Assembly: GCF_000743755.1 (NCBI RefSeq) | Contig: NW_014569453.1 | Coordinates: forward strand, 1 to 33,387 | Source of the DNA: Blastocystis sp. subtype 4 | Lineage: Eukaryota | DNA length: 33,387 nt | Reading direction: 5' to 3' | Part shown: positions 24,402 through 33,387 of the stretch, one piece after another | Layout of the letters: the number at the start of each line of letters is the position of its first letter | How positions within the stretch are numbered: position 1 is the first letter of the stretch | Position numbers and translations under genes: made by a program | Notes under the pieces: model-generated | Told to the model about the DNA's origin: nothing | The model's input: the letters and a program-made list of their open reading frames with translations, nothing else | Databases searched by the model: none

Positions 24402-25710
24402 TCACTTTTGGTCATCTTCATCGTCTCTACAGGATCTATCATCGCCAATGGTCTGCCCTTTAAATAGTTGGCGGTAAATGAGCTTTAAAATATTTCTATG
24501 AGTGAATTCTATGGATGGAGAGGACATTAACCAGAAGACTTGGAGGATCTCTAATAGCACAAAGAAGGTTAAGAAGATGGGTCTTGAAAGAGTTTCTGAA
24601 ACAAAATACCCATTTGCCGGTTCCCAGCGAATGGGAAGGTATTTTTGTGGTTCTGTAATGATATTGATCATTACAACGATCAGGAGATAGTGACGGGTGT
24701 AAATCCACATGACTATGGTTGACAAGTATATGGACTTCATACGTGTAAAGAGTACGAACACTGTATATCCTGGAACTTTCCAAAAGGCATACTGAAAGAT
24801 TTTGGCTAAAGGAAGGAGAGCCTATGTGAGATTGGAGATGAAGGAGTACGTCTGCAGCATCAAAGATGGCGAATACGACAACACCGATTCGAGTGAAGTT
24901 GGTGTAATAGGATACAACGATCAGTGTGATGGTTACAAGGTGGTGCTACATATGACTTGGGTATTATTCTCCTACAAATAGCATTTCCCATAGATCCTTC
25001 CGATGTTTCTATGATTTATTGGGGTTATTTGTTTCAACTTCGATGAACAACACAACAATCAACGTCACATAGAAGGAGCATTGCGTCAGATAGAAGAGTT
25101 TGAAGTCCCATGGATAATAGAGTTGTGGATATTCCAACCACACATTGTTGAGTGTGAAACCAATGTACTTACGAATTATGGTGATTCCAGCAGAAAAAGA
25201 AAAGGTGTAGTAGAGGACGAGCCATGCTTGTTCCTATGAATGGAGACCATGAGAAGAGTTCACTTCACATTTATGCTCGATATGAGGTTGGTCTAGACTG
25301 TTGTGAATGTTCATGACCTGAGCAATGAGTCGAAAGAGCGTATTTGAAAGGAAATAACGCAGAGTGAGTAGTAGAACTGCAAGAGAAAATACAGTTTGAA
25401 TATCATGAATGCTTTTTGCGAACAGTTGTTGACCATCAATCTCCACTTCTCCATGCAACCGAAAGAAATCTTTGAGCCACTTACTTGAGGAAGAAGGTAG
25501 AATCATAGCGAAATAGAGAGACACGATTAAAAGGATCGCAAAGAAAGTACCGGTGTAATCACGAAAGAAGAGGTGGATTGGTGACATAGTATCATCCACT
25601 CTATTTCTAAGTCATGATTACTTCTACTACTTGTAGTTGACCATTAAGTCCGTGTCATCCTTCTTCGATGATTCAATCACAGCCACAGTTGGTTGACTGT
25701 TTGTTTTCAT
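24402..25710 (-). CDS. Ceramide synthase (LAG1/TLC domain)
   Basis: Lag1 motif RKDLWEM..HHLVTITLIVVSYYTNFTRIG...FDAAD..LPLAKIFQY, LEILQVFW and C-terminal DDRS. Multiple TM segments. Confidence 0.88.
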
Positions 25711-25804
25711 ATCAATAGTAACAGACAGCTTCAAGATATTCTTGTTGAATAGTGTGAATTCACGTGAACGCAGAAACGAAGCAGTTGTCAAACTCTTGAT
25801 TGAC

Positions 25805-25812
25805 AACAAACA
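25805..25812 (-). terminator. TGTTTGTT polyadenylation-positioning element (THOC3-like gene)
   Basis: Lies inside the genomic ORF. The base at -5 (25817) is the first T of codon TTA. Confidence 0.75.
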
Positions 25813-25816
25813 AGTA

Positions 25817-27033
25817 ATACTTTCCAAGACACAATTTCAATATCTACAAGGGTGTTCTTGGGTCCTGTAGTGACTACTGCAGTACACGTTTTCTTTGGAT
25901 GATTTGCAAATACCTATGATTAAGGAAAAGTCTTTGGAATACATAAGAATCCTTTGTAATTTCGAAACAACATTTAACTGTTCCTGAGTTGGGACTAACA
26001 ATAGTAATAACACCGTCTTCGCTGCAGACTGCTATGTATTTACCATCTGCAGTCCAGCGCACACAACGAATACCTGTTCTATGAATGAACCATGTTAGTT
26101 ATGGTTACTTATGACATTTAAACGTTTTGAGTGTAATCATCTCATTACAATCGATAATCGAGATAAAAGTGTCTGTTGATCCTGTAACAATATTGCGATG
26201 TTTTCGATCCATATCAATTGTTGTACATTCACCCATATGGCAATCCATCTACTCATAACTTTCTTCCTCTTATCAAACAGATCCTTCGTTCTGAAACGAC
26301 CTAGTTTCTTCGTTATAGACAATCATATCCACACGTCCCACTCCATCTACAACTAAGAACCCAGATTCAGAGAGACTTCCTTTCGATGCCACAAACAGAC
26401 ACGTTGAATCCATTCCCCAACACATCTCATTTCTCTACAGTTCATCCTTCTTCATCACGATCTACAATTGAAGATGCATTCTTATTGTTCCTTATAGCCG
26501 TATATGTTCCGTTCGATACATCAATAATATACATGGTTCCTTTCTACTCTCATCAACTCCATTCATTACCTACATCATTTTCAACAGCAATAAACTTTCC
26601 ATCGGGAGACCATGATAAGAAATCGGTATATCCTAAAAGCTTGATTGTCAACATTGAGTCTATCTTTCATCCCATTTCCAATAGAATACCTTCATTGTCA
26701 ATATTCCAAATCTTTACAATTTCCTTGTCAAATGTACAGGCAATCATGTCTGCGGCAACAGGATTCCATTTTACTTGACTGATGTGATTTTTGAATGAAA
26801 ATGAATACTCACATTTCTAGACTCATTATTCCTATTCAAGACACACATAACTCCGATGTGAGTTCCAGATGCGCACAGTAGAATCACTACTACACGAAGC
26901 TAATAGTTCTCCAGTGCAATTCCAATCCAAACATTTGATCTACTTGGTTACTCCCAGTGACCAAACTAACAGTTCCATAATGTCCAGTAATACGCTTTCG
27001 AGAGAAATCACTTGGTTCCGCCTCAAAATCCAT
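25817..27033 (-). CDS. THOC3: WD40 protein, THO complex subunit 3 (Tex1)-like
   Basis: GHYGT|IKCLDWNCTGELLAS, SWSPDGKFIAV, HMGECTTIDMD...IVTGSTDTFISIID, IRCVRWTADGKYIAVCSEDG. WD40 is secure; the THOC3 assignment rests on recalled similarity. Confidence 0.65.
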
Positions 27034-27076
27034 CACTGCGTAATCAAGATTAGGTTTTCCAACAAACACCGAATCA

Positions 27077-28248
27077 CTAGTTGTTGTGCCAACGCATAAA
27101 TTCGACAAAGCATCGACAAATGATTGGTAAACGAGATAAGTCTGTAGAAACTACTGCTAATTCTGCCGATTCACAAATAATCAGCCACAGGCAAACAACG
27201 ATCAAAATCGCCATAAAAACGTCAACAGAGTAATGGAACCGACACTACAGCTCATAGCATTCTCTGATTCCTACTAACAGAATTAAATAGCACGTAAACA
27301 AAGCCACAGTGAGAACAATAAAGAACAATGGAATGAACGTTATATAGTTGTCCTTTGTAATCAAACTCCCAAAAGCCTTCACATCAATCACTTCATACAT
27401 ACCTACACACACAACAGTAAACAAATAGCGCGTGTGACCGCTAAACAACATATCACCCTGAGTCTCCATATTCTTAGGATTCTTTAGACGAGTGAAAGTG
27501 TAATTGATGATTTCAACCAATGTGAAGTGACCTGTTTTACGCTGATCTTCCGTATATGTTAAGAATTAAACTATTGCAAGTAACAGGATATGTTTGAATG
27601 TGACCCCACTCACACGGATCCGGGAGACTTGTCATTGTGAAAATGAGTGGCCGTAGCAGTGCTGTAATTCCCAGCATCAACATGATCCTTCGAAAGAGAA
27701 GGAAGTGATCACCATGACAAAGTAGCGCGATGGCTCCGGATCCAATCAATAGACCAAGGAGTATGTTGATTACTGCTTCTACTTTCACCTTCCCTAGGTG
27801 AGGGATGTCGAAATAATCCTTCTATCCATGAAAAGAGATAGTGAAAAAGCTACTTCGGGAATGAGATCAAACCCGTAATCCGGCAATGACATTAGAGGTG
27901 CTCTAGGAATTAATAAAAAAAATCATAAGTACCGATTTGTGGAGATGTACGTACCGCTCAATTCATAGAACTCACTTAACAGGAAAAAACATACGCTCAT
28001 CTACATATGATGCGCCATAAAGAACGAGACAAGAGTTGTAAGATACTCATCATACACAAACCCAAGGGATAGCAAGGTTCCAACAATGGTTACAATGATG
28101 GAATATGATTCAAGAGCCGCTTTACCTACGATAATAACGGAACCGAGCAAATACTCCTCATTCTCGCAACTGCAATGGTAATTGGTACCATCAGAGCAAG
28201 AATGATTCCAAAGAACACAAAGAAAGGAGCTGAATAACGTTCGATCAT
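27077..28248 (-). CDS. Sphingomyelin / inositol-phosphorylceramide synthase-like (PAP2 superfamily)
   Basis: SLPDYGFD, FRR...LRP..FTMTSLPDP, GDMLFSGHT and RFHYSVDVF are the SMS D1-D4 motifs. The frame requires an AT-AC intron at 27552-27591. Confidence 0.88.
27552..27591 (-). other. U12-type (minor spliceosome) AT-AC intron, 40 nt
   Basis: ATATCCTGTT...TTCTTAAC-ATATAC. Removal restores the frame (GHIQT|EDQRKTGHFTLVEII). Confidence 0.85.
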
Positions 28249-28329
28249 TGATTATGTACGGATGGTTTCGAATAAACAGGAACAATCAAAAGACAAAAAG
28301 ATATAATAATCTCAAAAGCAGAAAATGAA

Positions 28330-29548
28330 TCAGTTTTTGCGCATTGATAAGTCAATTTGAGGCTTAACGGGAACCATTTCTACTATCTCCTCATCTCCAT
28401 CTCGGATAACTTTCTTACTGAAGAAGAGAGGATGATACTTTTCTTCCGCAGTCATTACAGACCAATCACTACAGTACTCGATTAAATCCTCCTATTTCAT
28501 AAATCAATCCAATTCTTACAGTATCACTTTGCAAACGACCATAGCAAATGCTACAAACCTTTTCACTCCTCGTATGTGGCCATTTGTAGTCATTAAACTA
28601 TTGGTTACTCTCTCTATCAAATCCAACGTTCTCATAGAGCAAAACAACAGATTCAAGATCGATCATGTTGATGTATCCATATCCCATGTTGCAATGAGTC
28701 TTCTGATCCATTGGCAGATAGAGGAAGTCATATCGGTTCTTGCACTTCTTGTTGATGATACGGACAAATACCTCCCGGGTAAAACTAGATCACAGGATGC
28801 CAGTAACAAGTACCCGTTAGGAATGTTTCGAACCATCAACGTTGTTCGTTTGTCTTCACCTCGTTTCACCTTTTCAATGTCAATTCGATTATCCTCTCGC
28901 TCCCTGTTCTTCTTTGGAAAGAACTCTGACGAACGGGGAGATAACTTACGAGCCTGATAACGACGTGGAATATCCTGTTGGTGTGGAACTTCCTGTGTGC
29001 ATGGTACCAACGGATAGTAGTAGTTCATTGGAAGAAATGGTTGAACAAAATCAGGATGTGGGAAGTTACTAGGGTTTTGCATGGAGTTGGTATCGTGAGC
29101 AAGAGAAGGTATTGAAGCGAGTTGATATTGCAATAGACTATTATTCTCTGTCTCAGAAGAATAGAAAGGATTCGAAAAGGAATGATCCAGCATCAATAGT
29201 GAATGCAATTCATCCCAAGTCTGTGACGAAGGAGACTGCCAATCATTCTCATGAAAAGAATGTAACGAACCAGTATTATTCCTTGCAAAAGGATTCAACT
29301 CTTCTTCGCTACTTCTATACATCAAAAGCAGCGTCAACAATAACAAAAAGGAATTCTGATTCTGACCTGAAGAGAAGAATGAAGACTGGTTCTGAAAACG
29401 ATTTCCAAATTCATTGGAGTTGTTCCCAAACCGGTTACTCTTTTTCGGATTCGTATTTGGAGTCCACTAGTGATCAGGCATAAATCAAGAATAATACGGA
29501 TGGTTGTTGGCTATTTTCAATTCCCAGAAAATACTGGCTCATCTCCAT
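28330..29548 (-). CDS. Mei2-like RNA-binding protein (C-terminal RRM3/RRM_2)
   Basis: GEDKRTTLMVRNIPN...YDFLYLPMDQKTHCNMGYGYINM...KWPHTRSEKVCSICYGRLQ...YHPLFF. Confidence 0.88.
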
Positions 29549-29825
29549 AGATAGAAAGGCTAAAACGAGGTTAGCACAATCAATTGAATAACCGTTAGAG
29601 ATTCATGACGATACTTCGTCACCAATCTTCAGTCACTCTTAACATACATTTCAGCTACGAGATCCCTCTAATGGCAATAATTGTGGAAATGTATTTGAAT
29701 CCGAAACAGGTAAGATTATTTCAATTCCAGAAAAATATAGGTTCGTTTGAATTGTTATGTCTGCGGGAATTCTACATAAATCAGTTGTGTAGATCTAGAC
29801 TTTCTGTGTCACTTTCAACCCTGTG

Positions 29826-32102
29826 ATGGAGAAACAAAATCCACGAGATTCTACGCGAAGGCATATCTCGTTTGCTCCGGTTTCTCTGGATACGATTACG
29901 GAAGAAAACTCTGTATTGAATGATGATGAGCAGGAGAGATCGTTAATGTAGTTCATTTGAGATAATTATGATGGTTAGTCGGGAAGCAAGAGAACGTCAA
30001 CGAAAGAGTCAAAGTCGACAGTCTGTTTCCAATCCGTTACATTAAGTATGTATTATGACGAATAGAGAGCGTTCTGCTAGAATTGCTTCCATGTATGCTG
30101 CTATCATCAAGTTATCGAATGAAAATGTTGTTTTTGGAAATGCTTTTGACAGTTAGAAGATCAATCAAAAGAATACATGGAATTTGGATTTGATAAATCA
30201 TATGAAAGATGTGTTGTTAGAAGATTCGTTTGAAATGATTTCCAAGTGATATCTAGTTCGTCTCATGAAACCAACTTTCAGAAGGCGAGTACGACATTGG
30301 ATGCTTCTGTAAAGATCTATGGGTGTCGTGTTGATGATACACTGAATACTGGATATCGAATCTTGGATAATCTGAGTCGAGGTGAACAGCCCGTTCAATC
30401 AACAGATGCTCCTAAACAGAGCAAGCGTTTAGGAGTTGTCAATACATTGGAATCAAATGTGAGTACATTGGATATGGATCCCTCTGAACTTGCTTTTGAT
30501 GCCGATCCAATGTTTCATTTGATGAGTCGGAAATTTGATGAAGGTGGAGCGAAGGGATTGTTGATGGCCAATTTGGGTTTAACAGATGGTTGTACTATTG
30601 TATTTGATTCAAATGATATTATCGAAATACCCCCGGATTCTGTCACTCCAAAAACTGACTCCTGTTCAGAAGGATTGGATAGATATGTGGATATTCAGAG
30701 TATTCTTTGCTCTGAAGGTCGTTCAATTGCCTCTATCCTGGACTTACCTGTGTGTCCATCAATTCATCGGTTTATGTCTGAGATATGCGAATATGAAGGA
30801 ACTGTAGTGATTTGATGAGTGTATGACGTAGAATGAATTGATGGAGGAAGAGGAGATGATGACTGAGACTACTCAGGAACAATCGAGAATTGAAGATATT
30901 GGGGTTGAGTTGGACCCTGAAATAGCTCCAATTCCTGTTGTTGGTTTTGATCAATCTATCGAAGGTGGAGCAATTGAGAATAGCCAAGAGAATGGGAATC
31001 CTTTGATTGAGTCTACAAATCATGAAGGTGAGAATGAAGCTGTAACCCACTCTGTATCCTTTGCTGACTTGGATGATGGAGCAAATGATGTGTCTTTCAC
31101 CGAACGAGATCATGTCATTATGAATTCAAAACCAACCCAATATGCCTATTTTAAACCAACTTTGCTTCAAAAGGCGTGGACAGGTCCTGATCATTGGAAA
31201 CTGAATCGAGTTCCCAAGAAACATCAGAAAACCACTCATGAGCATAAGAAACATACTCGAATTCAGTTCTCACCCGACTGCTGTATTAAACCTTCAAATG
31301 CATTCCCCGCGGTTAAACGTACTTCTGATCTAATAATGAATGAAACGGTGTTTGAAGCCAAAGGATTTCATATTTTACCTGAAGATCATCACTATTCGTT
31401 CGAAGTAGTTATTTCAGATCCTCTGACAGTTAGTCTCTCCAGCATCTGCATTGTCGAGCTGATATCACACTCCATCGAATTGTGCATTTTATTACGGAGC
31501 CTGCTTCTACGATGACACCTGACGAGTGGGAAGTGGCAGCAGAGAATGTCGATATCGGCGGTTGTTCTCTCGAGAATCCCATGGACCTCATATCCACCAG
31601 TTATGAAGCATTACATGAGGGAGATTTACCGGACATGGACGTGAGTAATGACATTCCTGTAGAACCAGGAGATGTGAGTCATGTGGGGTTTATTAGTGAG
31701 ATTGAAGAGAGTGAAATTGCTTTGGAAGGAAACAAGAATGATTCCTTGCTTCAGGCTGATCGAGTGGTAGAACATGTTGATATTGCCTATGCTCATAAGG
31801 CCACTCAGGTGGATGTCCAGAAACTGAAAGTATGTATTGAAAGTGTTGATGATCGAATAGGAGCGGATTTGGAAGGAATTGGAAGTGGATGTGAGTGATG
31901 GAAAATCTGTTGATTTTGGCATGTTAGTGAAGCATTTACGAAAGGAATTGGGGAAGGAGATTGAAGTTCAGTTCTATTTCATTTGTCTTTTGCATATATC
32001 CTAACAGTGAGTGAATTGAGGTACTTAACGAGAACTTGGCGAATGAACATGAGTTGAAGATCACAGAGGATCCGAAGGCTCTACTGCGAATCACCAAGAA
32101 AT
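29826..32102 (+). CDS. NCAPH: Condensin complex subunit 2 (CAP-H/Barren kleisin)
   Basis: NDDEQER, ENKINQKNTWNLDLI, NFQKASTTLDASVKIYGCRVD, DPMF...FDEGGAKGLL, WTGPDHWK, FICLLH|LANEH. The end is inferred at 32102 (T+poly(A)); the genomic TGA is at 32114-32116. Confidence 0.93.
31996..32035 (+). other. U12-type (minor spliceosome) AT-AC intron, 40 nt
   Basis: ATATCCTAAC...TACTTAAC-GAGAAC. Removal yields the conserved kleisin motif FICLLH-LANE. Confidence 0.9.
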
Positions 32103-32106
32103 CGAT

Positions 32107-32114
32107 TGTTTGTT
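32107..32114 (+). terminator. TGTTTGTT polyadenylation-positioning element (condensin H)
   Basis: Lies inside the genomic ORF. The base at -5 (32102) is the first T of codon TCG. Confidence 0.75.
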
Positions 32115-32230
32115 GATCAATAACTACTGAGAAGTGTGGGTTCTAGAAAGAACTGCAAGTGACTTGGGCAGCAACAGATTCATTATATCAAAGAGACGTG
32201 ATTAACAAATACTACGTCATCAACTCTAGT

Positions 32231-32891
32231 TTACAAATATTTGGCATACTTCCGAAGTAAATGGATGTGCAGTTCCCGTAGTCCGTTTACAGCCTCTACA
32301 GTAGGGTTTTTGTCACATGTCTCAATTTGACGTTGTAGAAGCTTGAATTGATATCAATTCAATAAAATTACTGCTGAATCATTTATAAGGGTTTGAAGAT
32401 TCCGATCCTTTTGAGTCTGCATTAGTTGAATCAGAGCACTAAGGGTTATCGAGAATCCTTCCACCTCTTCTCGATACGAAGAGGAAAATGCATTCACTGT
32501 ATGAACTGAAGCATCCTTTACAGGTGGATTCGGAGCCGATGAGGGAACAGGAACAGGGGCAGGAACAGTTTCAGAAGCAGATGTAGATCTCCTAGGAAAT
32601 ACAACATAGAAATCGGCTTCAAGAGAGTGACAATGAAAGAGATCTTTGAACTGATCATACTCAGGAGCTGCAGAACTAGCAAATATCATCTCACAAGAAA
32701 TGAAATACCTTTTATACAAGAGTGGTTGTTCGTCCAGATACTTGGGATCTGGAATGAATTTCGGGAATGAATGACCACCAATTGTGATTGAGTCTACAGA
32801 TAACAGTATTTCATAATTCCATACCAGAATCACTCAGTTTCTCATTATTTTGGATAAATCCAACTGTAGAAGCATCTGGAAGGAATTCCAT
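32231..32891 (-). CDS. Hypothetical protein
   Basis: Spliceable frame MEFLPDASTVGF...DSITIGGHSFPKF...LLQRQIETCDK...RKYAKYL*. The start is uncertain and no family was recognised. Confidence 0.5.
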
Positions 32892-33038
32892 AGAGAGTTT
32901 GGAAAAGCTTTCTGTATCAATTACTAATAATGACTGGTTTGTTGCAAGAACAGTTTGCTCCTCGCATCGTTATGTGATACTCTGTAACTTTTAACAAACA
33001 ATCCACTCATGACGACAGAACCCAGAATTCGTTCACAT

Positions 33039-33387
33039 CTAATTCTTCTTGGCCTTCTCAGCAGCAATAGCAGCAGCACGGATGCTGAGCTTACGCTGAG
33101 TCTTGAGTCCCATAATACCACCACCCCACTTCTTGGTCTCAGCATACTTGGTAGTGAATGACTCCTGAAGAGAATTGAGAGCAGCCTCATCCTCAGGATT
33201 CACTCCAGTCAAGCACACACAAGTAGCAGTCTTCTGATGGACCAGAGCTCCCAGTCTCGCCTTACCCTTCACAATTGCATACGACACTCCCATCTTGTGG
33301 CACAGAGCAGGCAACCACATCACCAACTCCAGAGGATCAACATCGTCAGCAATCAGAACCAACTTAGCCTTCTTCTTCTCAACCAGC
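33039..33387 (-). CDS. RPL7A: 60S ribosomal protein L7a (eL8), 3' part
   Basis: [51 protein letters not shown]...[12 protein letters not shown]. Confidence 0.96.
   Translation of the reverse strand, partial: LVEKKKAKLVLIADDVDPLELVMWLPALCHKMGVSYAIVKGKARLGALVHQKTATCVCLTGVNPEDEAALNSLQESFTTKYAETKKWGGGIMGLKTQRKLSIRAAAIAAEKAKKN

Noticed and set aside
31054..31062. GTATCCTTT, a perfect U12 GT-type donor, in condensin H
   Set aside because: It lies in an open coding frame (SVSF), has no CTTAAC branch at a suitable distance, and no intron is needed.
32231..32960. Faint resemblance of the hypothetical protein to CSN6/MPN-family subunits
   Set aside because: The similarity is too weak to support by eye and the N-terminus is unresolved.
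1..33387. Alternative genetic code or stop read-through to explain fragmented ORFs
   Set aside because: In the conserved genes, in-frame stops fall inside ~30-nt GT-AG (or 40-nt AT-AC) introns, RPLP2 excepted. The standard code gives intact proteins after splicing.

Overview
This is eukaryotic nuclear DNA: AT-rich, extremely gene-dense (about 27 protein genes plus one tRNA in 33 kb), with dozens of ~26-42 nt introns and a TGTTTGTT element at gene 3' ends. That architecture strongly suggests the gut stramenopile Blastocystis (inferred). The ORF track is fragmented by the tiny introns, so gene models were spliced by hand. Most genes are housekeeping or cell-cycle genes: PP4, proteasome beta-6, RPL11, Pin1, NOA1/YqeH, RPLP2, RPB5, Wee1-like kinase, cyclin, HDAC, PSMG2, MiaB/CDK5RAP1, ceramide synthase, THOC3, SMS/IPC synthase, Mei2-like, condensin H and RPL7A. 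Main observations: (1) six genes whose stop codon appears to be completed by poly(A) addition 4 nt upstream of TGTTTGTT; (2) two 40-nt AT-AC minor-spliceosome (U12) introns, plus a weaker third candidate; (3) an intact, intron-rich gene derived from a BED-finger/hAT transposase with degenerate catalytic motifs; (4) an intron splitting a start codon; (5) a tandem repeat that multiplies a start codon into uORFs; (6) an apparent frameshift in RPLP2; (7) a small protein resembling the bacterial PhaR DNA-binding domain. All protein assignments come from motifs recognised by eye, not from database searches.
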